Shown: positions 8,687 to 18,425, counted from the stretch's first letter. The stretch: DNA of 64,000 nt from Akkermansia muciniphila (GCA_945861565.1 CAMAUY010000005.1:9749-73748), one strand, 5' to 3'. Notes: generated from the letters alone by a model not told the origin. Program-made: numbers and translations.

Positions 8687-10405
8687 TCAGCGGGCACGAC
8701 AGGGCAGGATCAGGCGGGAGAGAGCGCCGGGTCTGTGCCGTACGGATTCGGTGGCGATGGCGGTCCGGCTGCCAAAGGGGCCTTCGCCGGTGTTCGGATT
8801 GCGATCGAACAATGGAAAATACGCGCCGCTAATATCGACTCGCAGGCGGTGACCTTTGTCCAGGGTTGCGGCGACGGGGCCAAGATCCAGGGTGATCTCA
8901 TAGACTTTCCCGGGGGTGAGTAGACGCGCCGCGGTGACTGAATCACGATAGCGTCCGCGCTGGATTCCGACGGCGAGATTTTGTGCAAAGCCGTCGGGAT
9001 GCACATCGACGAGTTTTACCACCCAGTCGGCGTCGGGCGAGTCGGTCGAGACGTGCAGGGTCGCCTCCACATTCCCGGCAAACGTGAGAGGCTCGTTCAG
9101 TGCATCGCCGGTGTAAACGAGGACGTCGTCCCGGTCCTCGGTGCTGCTTTGATTCACCGGACCCCAGATGGCGGCGGAAAGCGGTCGTTTGTCGGTGACG
9201 GGACATGCGGGCGTAGGATTCGCGGGATCCGCCTGGAACGTGTCGTCGGGTTCATCCTCGGTGGGGGGTGTCGGCCGGATCCGTCCTTTCCCGTGCCTGG
9301 TATTAGCCTTGCCAGAGCTCTGCAAGTAGAAGGAGTGCGGCTCGAATCCCTCGGGTGGCCAAGTCTGCGCTTCGCGCCACACGTTGTCGCCCATTGAGAA
9401 ATAGAGGACGGGAACGAACGCTTTGCTGAGGGCGGTGGCGTCTTGTTTCAGATACCGGTCATACCAGTCGACGAGTGCGGCAAAGGTATCCATCGCTGCT
9501 TCGCGGCCGAACTCGATCTCACCCACTTTTGATTTGCCGACCGTGCCGTGATCCCAAGGACCCAATATCAGGCGCTGCTGCTGTCGGACCTTGGGATTGC
9601 GGGCCTGTTTTTGCATGATCGCGAAATTCCCGACCGATTCACGCGCAAAGAAATCGTAATATCCTACGATGTGCAGTGCCGGCAGATCGAGATCGGGCAG
9701 GCGCGAGGTGAGTTCGAGGCGCGTCCAGTAGCCATTGTGTTCCGGATGGGTGAGGAATCCTTCGAGCCACGGGATCGGCCAACCGATGCGGTCATCCATT
9801 TCGCTCAGCGGCAGATGGAACAGAGTCTTACCCCAGTCCACCGGCTTGGCATTGGCGGGCCGGATGGAATTACCGGCGGCCCACGTGGAAATGAGCGAGA
9901 GTCGCACCGCTCCTCCGAGATACAGATTGCGATAAAAGCTGCTCCACGTTGCCTCCGGTGCGATCGTGACAAGCCCGGGTGGCTTCTCGACAGCAGCCTG
10001 CCACTGCACGGCTCCGACATAGGAACCTCCCGTCATCCCAATCCGCCCATTGCACCAAGGTTGGCGGGTAATCCACTCGATGCAGTCATAGCCATCCTGG
10101 CCTTCGCTGTCATACGGCACCAGGACGCCCTGCGAGGCGTGGGTACCGCGGCAATCCTGAAAGACGACGGCGTAGCCCGCCTCCACCAAGCGCTTCGCGG
10201 TCGCGTTCCGCTTGGACTTGTCATACGGCGTGCGCATGAGCACAACGGGCGCTTGGGCGATGGATGTCTCCCGATAAACATCCGTGGCGAGCTGGATGCC
10301 GTCACGCATCGGGACTTGAACCGTCTCGACCTGAATGTCCGCGGCGTTGCTGACCCGGAACAATACGGCTGAAAGGCAGAGAGATAGAAAAGAAGGGCGT
10401 CTCAT
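8687..10405 (-). CDS. CocE/NonD family hydrolase (S15 X-Pro dipeptidyl-peptidase-like)
   Basis: Signal peptide, LMRTPYDKS, nucleophile elbow GGSYVG, and a C-terminal jelly-roll region. Confidence 0.85.
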   Translation of the reverse strand: MRRPSFLSLCLSAVLFRVSNAADIQVETVQVPMRDGIQLATDVYRETSIAQAPVVLMRTPYDKSKRNATAKRLVEAGYAVVFQDCRGTHASQGVLVPYDSEGQDGYDCIEWITRQPWCNGRIGMTGGSYVGAVQWQAAVEKPPGLVTIAPEATWSSFYRNLYLGGAVRLSLISTWAAGNSIRPANAKPVDWGKTLFHLPLSEMDDRIGWPIPWLEGFLTHPEHNGYWTRLELTSRLPDLDLPALHIVGYYDFFARESVGNFAIMQKQARNPKVRQQQRLILGPWDHGTVGKSKVGEIEFGREAAMDTFAALVDWYDRYLKQDATALSKAFVPVLYFSMGDNVWREAQTWPPEGFEPHSFYLQSSGKANTRHGKGRIRPTPPTEDEPDDTFQADPANPTPACPVTDKRPLSAAIWGPVNQSSTEDRDDVLVYTGDALNEPLTFAGNVEATLHVSTDSPDADWVVKLVDVHPDGFAQNLAVGIQRGRYRDSVTAARLLTPGKVYEITLDLGPVAATLDKGHRLRVDISGAYFPLFDRNPNTGEGPFGSRTAIATESVRHRPGALSRLILPCRAR

Positions 10406-10569
10406 GAAAGTGGATGCGCTGACTCGTTTGGTCCGAAGTGGCGGCGTCGCTGATTCGCAATACTTGTCACTCGGATAAAGAACCGGCTATGGCACCGCGG
10501 GTATTTTTGTTACGCTCAGGCGCGGGTTTGGGGTTGTCAATGCGGTTTTGATTCGAGAACGGCTGAGCC

Positions 10570-10731
10570 GTGGATCCCAAAGTTGTTGGAGACGGTAGCG
10601 GACGCCGCGCAGCGGCGTCCGCCCGCGCCGTTCAGGCGCGGCACGAACCGCGCAGCGGCCCGGTCCGCCCGTTGGACGCAGGCGGGGTTGTCGCAGCGCG
10701 ACAACCCTCGACCAACAACTTCGGGAGGCAC
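10570..10731 (+). mobile_element. Structured ~160-bp MITE-like element, family 1, copy A
   Basis: Terminal inverted repeat gtgNatccc(g/a)aagttgttgg / ccaacaacttcggga. Four internal GC hairpins. Flanked by the direct repeat ACGGCTGAG (10559..10567 and 10734..10742). Confidence 0.8.
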
Positions 10732-10796
10732 TGACGGCTGAGAGGCGGGTCGCTTCGCTTGACAGGGTTACAGAACGTTAAGAGTCTTCGGAGTCG

Positions 10797-11600
10797 ATGT
10801 ACAAATTAAGCGTCGCCCTTTTTGCCCTCTTGTTGAGCCTGGTCGCCTGGGCTGGCGAAGAGCCTTATAACCTTCCACTTTGGGAATCCGGGAAAGTGCC
10901 GATGGCGCTCGGCGACGGCCCACTCGATGCTCCCTTCCTTACCGTATTTCTCCCGCCTAAGCACAAGCGCAACGGCTCGTCGGTCATCATCGCTCCCGGT
11001 GGTTCCAACATCATGCTCATGTACGGCTGCGAGGGCATTGAAGTCGCCGAGCGATTCAACGACTGGGGCACCACCGCCTTTGTTCTAACCTATCGTTTAA
11101 ACCCGCGCTACGGCGAAGCCCATCGGGTCCTGGATGGCAATCGAGCGGTGCGGCTCGTTCGCGCGAAGGCCAAGGAGTGGAAACTCGATCCGGACAAGAT
11201 TCTCTTCGCCGGCTTCTCCGCTGGCTCCAGCATGGCCCGGTCCGTCACGGCGGCTTCCGGTCCCGGGGACGCACAGGCCATCGACCCCATCGATCGCCTG
11301 AACTCCAAGCCCAATTTCCTCCTGATGGTCTACGGACCCGGTGGCCCCACGCCGTCGGAAAAACTCCAGGAATTTCCGCCCACTTTCCTACTCTCGGCCG
11401 CGGCGGACACCGGTGCCGCCAACGGCACGGCCCAACTCTTTCTCGATATCAATAAAGCCGGCGGTGTGGCCGAAATTCATATCTACCAAAAGGGCCGTCA
11501 TGGCTTCGGAGCCGCCACAACCAGTCCCGAGTTCTCGCCTTGGATGGACGCGCTCAAACACTTCTTGAAACTTGGCGGCTTCTTTGGAGGAACTCAATAA
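10797..11600 (+). CDS. Alpha/beta hydrolase (esterase/lipase-like), secreted
   Basis: Signal peptide, nucleophile elbow GFSAGS, C-terminal HGFG motif. Confidence 0.75.
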   Translation: MYKLSVALFALLLSLVAWAGEEPYNLPLWESGKVPMALGDGPLDAPFLTVFLPPKHKRNGSSVIIAPGGSNIMLMYGCEGIEVAERFNDWGTTAFVLTYRLNPRYGEAHRVLDGNRAVRLVRAKAKEWKLDPDKILFAGFSAGSSMARSVTAASGPGDAQAIDPIDRLNSKPNFLLMVYGPGGPTPSEKLQEFPPTFLLSAAADTGAANGTAQLFLDINKAGGVAEIHIYQKGRHGFGAATTSPEFSPWMDALKHFLKLGGFFGGTQ

Positions 11601-11602
11601 CC

Positions 11603-12481
11603 ATGCACTTTCTTCTCCTCCTCCTTTCGCTTGTCACCGCCAGCGCCTTCGCTGCCGGGCCACCCAAAGTCATCAACGAAGGTTACGGTGATTTTCTGAT
11701 CGTCCCGGCGGGCCGCTTTAAGATGGGAGACAGCTTCGGCGATGGTGACTCTCGCGAACGACCGGTCCACCGGGTCTACCTGGACACCTTTTACATTGCT
11801 AAGTTCGAGGTCACCAACGGCGACTGGAAGAAGTTTCAATCCGACCCAGCCTATAACGATGCCAAACTCTGGCCCAACGGACGCGTCGTGCCCAAGGACC
11901 AGAGCCCTTATTGGACACAACCCAACAACCACGGCGGTGCGACTCCCGATAGCGAGACCTATCCGGTCCTCGGAGTTAACTGGGACGCGGCGACCGCCTA
12001 CTGCAATTGGCTCAGCCTCAAAACGGGGAAGAAGTATCGCCTCCCCACTGAAGCGGAATGGGAGAAGGCCGCCCGCGGCACCGACCAACGCCGCTTCCCG
12101 TGGGGCAACACGATCGATCCCTCCTACGCCAACTACACCGGTGCTCAGCGTTTCGACACCGGGCAGATTGTTGGCTACTACGACGGTAGTAAGCGGGGCG
12201 AATTCCAGACGCATCGGGGCGCGTCACCCTACGGTGCTATGGACATGGCCGGAAACGTCATGGAGTGGTGCCAAGATTGGTATAGCCGCGAGTACTACGA
12301 GGTATCTCCGAGACGGAACCCGCAGGGACCTCGAACCGGAGCCTATCGAGTTCTCCGCGGCGGTTCGTTCTTTTTCGAAAGCCAGGACCTTCGTACCTAC
12401 GCCCGCTCGGGGGCTTGGCCGTCCTTCCAGGCGTTTCGCATGGTTGGCTTCCGTGTTGCTCGGACCCCAGACGGAGACTGA
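11603..12481 (+). CDS. Formylglycine-generating enzyme family (SUMF1/FGE-sulfatase domain) protein
   Basis: ATG at 11603 gives the signal peptide MHFLLLLLSLV. Motifs RLPTEAEWEKAARG and RVLRGGSFF. Confidence 0.85.
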   Translation: MHFLLLLLSLVTASAFAAGPPKVINEGYGDFLIVPAGRFKMGDSFGDGDSRERPVHRVYLDTFYIAKFEVTNGDWKKFQSDPAYNDAKLWPNGRVVPKDQSPYWTQPNNHGGATPDSETYPVLGVNWDAATAYCNWLSLKTGKKYRLPTEAEWEKAARGTDQRRFPWGNTIDPSYANYTGAQRFDTGQIVGYYDGSKRGEFQTHRGASPYGAMDMAGNVMEWCQDWYSREYYEVSPRRNPQGPRTGAYRVLRGGSFFFESQDLRTYARSGAWPSFQAFRMVGFRVARTPDGD

Positions 12482-12593
12482 CCGGGCGCACCCGCCCGTC
12501 GGTCGACCGCCTCGTGTCGTTCGCTACGAGCACGTGTGCCGGCTAAGAATCGGGCTTCGCATTCGGCGGTTTTGCCGGTTTACTCGGGTCGCA

Positions 12594-13328
12594 ATGAAAC
12601 GAGTCGTCATCAATGGTTCGAAGGGGCGCATGGGGCAGACGCTCCTGGCGTGTGCGCAACAGATACCCGGGCTTCAGGTCGCGGCCGCGGTGGATTTGGG
12701 TGACGATTTGCGATCGGTGCTGGAGGGTGCGGACGTCGTGATCGATTTTACCTTTCACGCCGTGACGGCGGAGGTGGCGGCGCTTTGTGCGGAGCGGGGG
12801 AAAGCATTGGTGATCGGCACGACCGGCCATTCGGAGGGTGAAAAGCAGGAGATCCGCAGGCATGGATCTACGATCCCCATGGTCTGGGCGTCCAACTATT
12901 CGACGGGCGTGAACACGTTGTTTTGGCTGACACAGAAGGCCGCGGAAATCCTCGGACCGGGATTCGATCTGGAAGTGGTGGAGATGCATCACCGCTTGAA
13001 GAAAGATGCTCCCAGCGGGACGGCGACAACGCTTTTGGAAATATTGGGAAAAGTGCGCCAAGTGCAGCTGGACGAGGTGTTGCGCCATGGCCGGAAGGGC
13101 ATCACCGGCGAGCGGACAAATTCCGAAATTGGCATTCACGCTCTGCGGGGTGGAGATGTGGTGGGTGATCACACCGTGATCTTTGCGGCCAACGGGGAGC
13201 GTGTCGAATTGACGCACAAGGCGAGTAGCCGGGAGACCTTTGCCAACGGCGCCTTGCGGGCGGCCCAGTGGGTGACGGGGCGATCGCCCGGGATCTACGA
13301 CATGCAGGATGTGCTGGGCTTGCGGTGA
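12594..13328 (+). CDS. dapB: 4-hydroxy-tetrahydrodipicolinate reductase
   Basis: MKRVVINGSKGRMGQ (NAD-binding), EMHHRLKKDAPSGTA, ELTHKASSRETFANGALRAA. Only the last 245 codons of the 528-aa track ORF are credible. Confidence 0.9.
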   Translation: MKRVVINGSKGRMGQTLLACAQQIPGLQVAAAVDLGDDLRSVLEGADVVIDFTFHAVTAEVAALCAERGKALVIGTTGHSEGEKQEIRRHGSTIPMVWASNYSTGVNTLFWLTQKAAEILGPGFDLEVVEMHHRLKKDAPSGTATTLLEILGKVRQVQLDEVLRHGRKGITGERTNSEIGIHALRGGDVVGDHTVIFAANGERVELTHKASSRETFANGALRAAQWVTGRSPGIYDMQDVLGLR

Positions 13329-13353
13329 GCAGGCCGGGAATTGCAATCTGCCG

Positions 13354-13875
13354 ATGCTCCAGAAGAACGAATCCGGACCGGTGACTGCATTTGTGGCACT
13401 GGGTTCGAACCTCGGAGATCCGGCAATGCAGGTGCGACGGGCAATCGAGCGGTTGCGGCAGGCGACACCGGAGGGATTCATGTCATCGTCATTGTGGGAT
13501 TCTGAACCGAAGGACTGTCCGGCGGATTCCCCCCGGTTTGTGAATGCCGTGGTACGCATGAGCGGTTCGAAATGGAGAAGTCCGGAGGCATTTCTGGGAC
13601 ATCTGCAACAATGGGAAAAGGAGTTCGGGAGACGCCCGAAGGTGGTGATGAACGAGGCCCGGTCGCTGGACCTTGATTTAATTGCTTGGGGGGATGAAGT
13701 CCGCAACGGGCCGGACCTGGTGTTGCCGCATCCGCGGGCGCACCTGCGTCGATTTGTGCTGGAGCCACTGCTGGAAATTGCCCCGGATCTGATACTGCCG
13801 GGGACGGGGAAATCCGTGGCCCTCTTGCTCGCGGACCTCCCGGCCGACCCCGACCTCCGGCGGATCGGAACGTAA
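13354..13875 (+). CDS. folK: 2-amino-4-hydroxy-6-hydroxymethyldihydropteridine diphosphokinase
   Basis: VALGSNLGD, LDLDLI, LPHPRAHLRRFVLEPL. Confidence 0.85.
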   Translation: MLQKNESGPVTAFVALGSNLGDPAMQVRRAIERLRQATPEGFMSSSLWDSEPKDCPADSPRFVNAVVRMSGSKWRSPEAFLGHLQQWEKEFGRRPKVVMNEARSLDLDLIAWGDEVRNGPDLVLPHPRAHLRRFVLEPLLEIAPDLILPGTGKSVALLLADLPADPDLRRIGT

Positions 13876-13910
13876 CAGGGTTGGGCGGCTGTCGGGGCAA
13901 GGGACGGCCG

Positions 13911-14070
13911 GTGCATCCCGAAGTTGTTGGTGGAGGGTTGTCGCGCTGCGACAACCCCGCCTGCGTCCAACGGGCGGACAGGGCCGCTGGGCGGTTCGCG
14001 CCGCGCCTAAACGGCGCGGGGACGCCGCCGCGCGGCGTCCGCTACCGTCTCCAACAACTTCGGGATACAC
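13911..14070 (-). mobile_element. Structured MITE-like element, family 1, copy B (inverted relative to A and C)
   Basis: Its reverse complement aligns with copy A over the full length with few mismatches. Flanking direct repeat GGGACGGC (13901..13908 and 14074..14081). Confidence 0.8.
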
Positions 14071-14136
14071 GGGGGGACGGCTGTCGGCGCGAGTCCCCCT
14101 GGAATTCTTGATCATTCTCGTGCATGATCACGTTCA

Positions 14137-17100
14137 ATGAATGTTTCGCGACGTCGACTGGGGTGTACCGTCCTGGTGATCCTTTGCCTGGGGTTTGGCG
14201 TCTCCCTTTTGGTTTCGCAGATCACCCAGCAGCCCGCAATTTTGTTCAAGGCAGCTGTAACCGATGAAATCGGCGTTGTCTCCCCGGCCGCCCTTGGCTC
14301 CGGCACACGCCGCGGTACTTGGGGAGTGAGGATGTCCCGTCCAGCGTCCGATGTTGCGCCAGTCGTTCGTCCGGAGGATACCCTGGATGTCTATGCGGCG
14401 TTTGCGGTTTGGGCGTCTCATGCGGCGGCCTCCCGCGGTGTCGCGACGGCATCCGAGTTGGCCGCAGGGCGACGTCTGGCATATCGCCGCCATGAAGCAA
14501 TGGTGGAATTAATCGCAGCCGATCCGGAAGAGGCCTTGAAACGGGCCATTTCCCCCCAGATTCGTCACGCCTTGCCGCCGGAGATTCAATCGTGGGTAGA
14601 AGAAAGAGTGTCGGGAAGGGGCGATCTTGTGGTCCGTGTGACCCGTGAAGGTTTGGACCGATCTCGGGTGTCCCGCCGGGCCGTGATCCTGGGCAAAAGC
14701 TATGATGCTTATGTCTATGGGCGTCGGCTGGACGATTTGAGCCTGCCAGGAATTACATTCTACGGTGTGGCCGCCGGGGGCCGGATGGCGGTAGGGGCGG
14801 AACCGGCCCGCGTGATGTCTTCGGCGGAGGCGCTCGTTATCGCGCCCGCGGGTGCCGATGTGGTCTGTGGGATTTCGCGAAAGAAACTGACCCCGACGGA
14901 TGCGTCGGCATTGGATTTGGCGGGGGAGGTTCACTGGACATGTGGGCGGGTGCATGCTGCAGAATTGAACGATCAAATGTTTCGTGCGGAACGGCGGGGC
15001 CGACTGCTGGCGGCGGATGGCACGGCCCGGGCATCCGCGTCCTATACCCTCGGAGTTAAGAAGCTGCTTTTGGTGCGTGTGGATTTCCCGGATCTCGTTG
15101 GCGATCCGTTTACCGACTCGCGAACGGCGGGCTTGTTCAAGGAGCTCAATGATTTCTATTCGGGAAGCAGCTTGGGTCAGTTGAGCTTTCCCGCGCCGGG
15201 TGGAGGCGGGGCGGTAACTCCGACGTTGCGGATGGGGCAGTCGGCCGCGGTATATGCAGCGGCGGATCCGACGGTGCTGCGGGACGAGGCCCTGGCTGCG
15301 GCTCTCGTGGCGGGATATGCCCGGGATGATTTTGATTTCGACGTGATTTGTTTCGGAGCCGTACCGGGCTGGAATTGGACGGGCACGGCGAATGTCGGCG
15401 TCCCGGGCGCGTGGGTGCGGGACGTTTTCAATCACGTGGGTGGACTCGCCCATGAACTGGGGCATAATCTTGGTTTGAATCACGCGAACTTCTGGGATAC
15501 CGGAGGTCGGACGACGCTGGGGGAGGGTATTGAAGTCGAGTATGGGGACTCGTTCGACACGATGGGGGTGGCGTCGGGCGGGCGTCGGCAATTCAACGCC
15601 CGCTATAAGAACTTGCTTGGTTGGATTCCAAATGCAGCGGTTTCTCAGGTTACCAACCGTGGCGTTTTCCGATTGTTTGCCCATGACATGACCAACGAGA
15701 CGGCGGGTGCCCGGGCGCTCCTTCTGCCCAAGGATTCCATGCTCAATTACTGGTTTGAATTCAGGCAGCAGTTTCCGGCACCCATCCCGACGTTCAATGG
15801 AATCCAGGTCCGCTGGGCGGGCATCGGGAACCGCGGAACTCGACTGCTCGATATGAGTCCCGGATCGGTCGGTGGCATCGCCGATTCACCGCTCGCGTTC
15901 GGGCAGACATTTTATGAGCCGTCGCTGGATGTTTATCTGACCCCACTGGGGAAGAATGGCACGATTCCGGAATCGGTCGACCTGGCAGTGGAATTTGGCC
16001 AACCGAATGGCAATCACGGGCCAACGTTGGATTGGGTGCAGGCTCCGACGACCGCGACCCTAAACACTCCCGTCACACTCTCTGTCGCGACTGCCGACGC
16101 CGACAACGATCCGATCGCGCTTCACTGGGATCCGGGAGATGGCGCGCTGCTCCCCAATGCGGCCACGGTTAGCAAATCCTGGAGCGCTCCGGGAGAATAC
16201 GTGGTGCGGTGCACGGCTTCCGATCTCCATGGCGGCATCGCGGTTCGCACCCGGATTGTCGTGGTGGGGAGTCCGGTCTCGGCTCGTGTCCTCGGAACAG
16301 TCCGGAGAAATGGACAACCCGTGCCGGGCGTTCGCGTCTTTGTTAGCGGGAAAAAAGTGGCTTATACGGACAACGAGGGGAAGTATGCGCTGACGGGAAT
16401 GACGAACGCGTCCTATACGGTGGAGGCTTATTCTGAGATGCCGTGGGCATTCGTACCGGGATTTACCAATCCGATAAGCACCGCGGTCCCGGGATCGTAC
16501 GATTTTAGCGTGTATACTCCGGAGGATCTGCAGGCGGTGCCACTGATCGCCCCGCATGCTGACTGGCGGTATGTCGACACCGGCGTGCCGCCGCCCGCCG
16601 ATTGGAACACGTCGGGGTTTGCGGATTCCGAGTGGAAATCCGGACCCGCACCGCTCGGCTATGGTCAGACGGAACTCGCAACGACGGTCGAGTTTGGACC
16701 CAATGTAAACGGGAAATGGATCACGACATTTTTCCGGCGGCGATTTGTGGTTCAGGATGCTGCGCAGTTTTTACTGGCGCGTCTATTACTGCAGCGTGAT
16801 GACGCGGCCGTGGTTTATCTCAATGGGCGTGAGATCTGGCGCAGCAACCTTGGAGAAGGGTTTGTCAACTTCCTGACTTTTGCCCAGACGGCGGTGACTT
16901 CTCCGGCCGAGACCGAAGCGTATTCGTTGTGGGTGCAGCCGGTGGGGTTGGTGCGAGGAACGAATGTGGTGGCCGTCGAGGTGCATCAGTCGAATCCGTC
17001 CGATCCGGACCTGCGGTTTGATTTTGGGATGGAAGGATTTCGCCTTCCGGTGGCGGATCCGGCACCGCCGCGGTTAGACGTGATCGTCGACGACACCGGA

Positions 17101-17280
17101 TTGATGCTTTTCTGCCCGGATACCGCGAATTGGCAGCTGCAGGAGGCCGGTGAATTGGGCGCTACGCCCGGTTGGAAGCCCGTGTTAGGGGAGCCGATTC
17201 CCGGGAATGCCACCGCTCGGATTCACCTTCCGTCGATTGATGGGCCTCGCTTCTTCCGACTTGTTCTGGGCGGGCCTTAG
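14137..17280 (+). CDS. Large secreted multidomain zinc metalloprotease (metzincin-type), paralog 1
   Basis: Signal anchor. HELGHNLGLNH matches the metzincin consensus HExxHxxGxxH. Also a PKD-like segment (DADNDPIALHWDPGDG), a CarboxypepD_reg-like segment (VRVFVSGKKVAYTDNEGKYALTG), a W/DDAAVVYLNG beta-sandwich, and a C-terminal FFRL module. Confidence 0.8.
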   Translation: MNVSRRRLGCTVLVILCLGFGVSLLVSQITQQPAILFKAAVTDEIGVVSPAALGSGTRRGTWGVRMSRPASDVAPVVRPEDTLDVYAAFAVWASHAAASRGVATASELAAGRRLAYRRHEAMVELIAADPEEALKRAISPQIRHALPPEIQSWVEERVSGRGDLVVRVTREGLDRSRVSRRAVILGKSYDAYVYGRRLDDLSLPGITFYGVAAGGRMAVGAEPARVMSSAEALVIAPAGADVVCGISRKKLTPTDASALDLAGEVHWTCGRVHAAELNDQMFRAERRGRLLAADGTARASASYTLGVKKLLLVRVDFPDLVGDPFTDSRTAGLFKELNDFYSGSSLGQLSFPAPGGGGAVTPTLRMGQSAAVYAAADPTVLRDEALAAALVAGYARDDFDFDVICFGAVPGWNWTGTANVGVPGAWVRDVFNHVGGLAHELGHNLGLNHANFWDTGGRTTLGEGIEVEYGDSFDTMGVASGGRRQFNARYKNLLGWIPNAAVSQVTNRGVFRLFAHDMTNETAGARALLLPKDSMLNYWFEFRQQFPAPIPTFNGIQVRWAGIGNRGTRLLDMSPGSVGGIADSPLAFGQTFYEPSLDVYLTPLGKNGTIPESVDLAVEFGQPNGNHGPTLDWVQAPTTATLNTPVTLSVATADADNDPIALHWDPGDGALLPNAATVSKSWSAPGEYVVRCTASDLHGGIAVRTRIVVVGSPVSARVLGTVRRNGQPVPGVRVFVSGKKVAYTDNEGKYALTGMTNASYTVEAYSEMPWAFVPGFTNPISTAVPGSYDFSVYTPEDLQAVPLIAPHADWRYVDTGVPPPADWNTSGFADSEWKSGPAPLGYGQTELATTVEFGPNVNGKWITTFFRRRFVVQDAAQFLLARLLLQRDDAAVVYLNGREIWRSNLGEGFVNFLTFAQTAVTSPAETEAYSLWVQPVGLVRGTNVVAVEVHQSNPSDPDLRFDFGMEGFRLPVADPAPPRLDVIVDDTGLMLFCPDTANWQLQEAGELGATPGWKPVLGEPIPGNATARIHLPSIDGPRFFRLVLGGP

Positions 17281-17364
17281 GCTCGGCTTCGAGTCCGTTC
17301 CGGAGGTGTTTGGTCCGCTTTTTCGGGGGTGGCCGTTCATTTCTCGCTCGCCGCACGCGGTTGA

Positions 17365-17547
17365 GTCCGCATTCTACTTGGCATGGACACACTCGCCCTC
17401 CAGCAGGCGAAGGTGCCCCTTGAACTACACGTCTACCCGACCGGTGGACACGGATACGGACTTCGGCGCACCGAGAATCCGGTGACTGCTTGGCCGGACC
17501 GAGTTGCTTTGTGGCTACGTGGACGGGGGTTGTTGACCTCGCGCTGA
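17365..17547 (+). pseudogene. C-terminal remnant of an alpha/beta hydrolase (esterase) gene
   Basis: Reads ..MDTLALQQAKVPLELHVYPTGGHGYGLRRTENPVTAWPDRVALWLRGRGLL*. This is the typical C-terminus of esterases such as 10797..11600 (catalytic His in GGHGYG), but everything upstream is missing (stop at 17362). Confidence 0.45.
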
Positions 17548-17554
17548 GAAATTT

Positions 17555-18235
17555 TCACTGGGACGGCTTGATGTTGGACAGTTTTGATTTCAGTCCAATC
17601 ACTTGCTGCTCATTGGCGAAGCGGCGTTCGGCCAGGGCTGGCGTGACAATGCTTGCGCGCACGTCAATATCGCGGCCAAATAATTCGCGCCAAAGGACTT
17701 GGGTGTTGGTCGCCGGGTCCCCCACGCTTTCCTCGTCGAAGGCTGGTCGGTAAATGTCCACAACACGGCGCAGGGCCAAAATCAAATCGCCTTCGGTTGG
17801 ATGCCCGGTCTTTTCCCGGACAAGCTTGAAGGCGCGCAGGTCTTTTTCTTCCAGCCGTTTGATTTTCGAAACGAGAATGTCAATCGGGTGCGGGAAGGTA
17901 AAATTGACGTGATGTCGCTGACAGCGATACGCCCGCACAAACCAGTCCAGGCTGGCGGTAAACGCGATGCTTGTGCACGGCTCGATGTAAATCGCGGCCT
18001 GACCTTTAAGTAATCCCGCCCGTTGGCAATGCGCTGTGATATCGTCGTCAGGAATCACATCTACATCACCGCTTAAGAATCGGGAATCAATGCCGAGTTG
18101 CAACGGTGAGGAGCCGAACACGATGATTTCCCATACGCGGTTGGCGGGCAACGCCGAGACGAGTTTGTCCAGTACCTGCCCGGCGGGTGCGGACCAGTCA
18201 AGCTGCGGCCGCCAGGGTTGATCGAAGGATGTCAT
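17555..18235 (-). CDS. Predicted minimal nucleotidyltransferase-fold protein (Pol-beta superfamily; AbiEii/MNT/DUF6036-like)
   Basis: VFGSSPLQLGIDSRFLSGDVDVI fits the G[SG]-x(9-14)-DxD NTase signature, followed by a helical C-terminal half. ATG at 18235; a TTG alternative exists at 18247. Confidence 0.5.
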   Translation of the reverse strand: MTSFDQPWRPQLDWSAPAGQVLDKLVSALPANRVWEIIVFGSSPLQLGIDSRFLSGDVDVIPDDDITAHCQRAGLLKGQAAIYIEPCTSIAFTASLDWFVRAYRCQRHHVNFTFPHPIDILVSKIKRLEEKDLRAFKLVREKTGHPTEGDLILALRRVVDIYRPAFDEESVGDPATNTQVLWRELFGRDIDVRASIVTPALAERRFANEQQVIGLKSKLSNIKPSQ

Positions 18236-18425
18236 GATAGTTTTCAATCCCTCGTTCGGCGCAAAGGCAGGCCAGCGCTTGATCGATCAGCCGATCGGTC
18301 ACGCCCACGTCGCAGGCGAACCGGTGCGCAAGCCGAACATCACGCGGCACGATCCGACCCGCCCGTTGGCGCAGCAAAATGCGCGCGGCAATTCTCGCTT
18401 TCACCCAGCATGGATCGCGTTTCAT
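18198..18425 (-). CDS. Small Arg-rich helical protein, possible partner or regulator of the NTase-fold protein
   Basis: 75-aa ORF with an ATG start. Its 3' end overlaps the NTase ORF start by 38 nt, the tight coupling typical of toxin-antitoxin pairs. No recognisable motif. Confidence 0.35.
   Translation of the reverse strand: MKRDPCWVKARIAARILLRQRAGRIVPRDVRLAHRFACDVGVTDRLIDQALACLCAERGIENYHDILRSTLAAAA

Noticed and set aside
11742-13328. 528-aa ORF suggesting a large fusion protein.
   Set aside because: The first 284 codons are an out-of-frame read-through of the FGE gene (Pro/Arg/Thr-rich). Only the dapB part from ATG 12594 is real.
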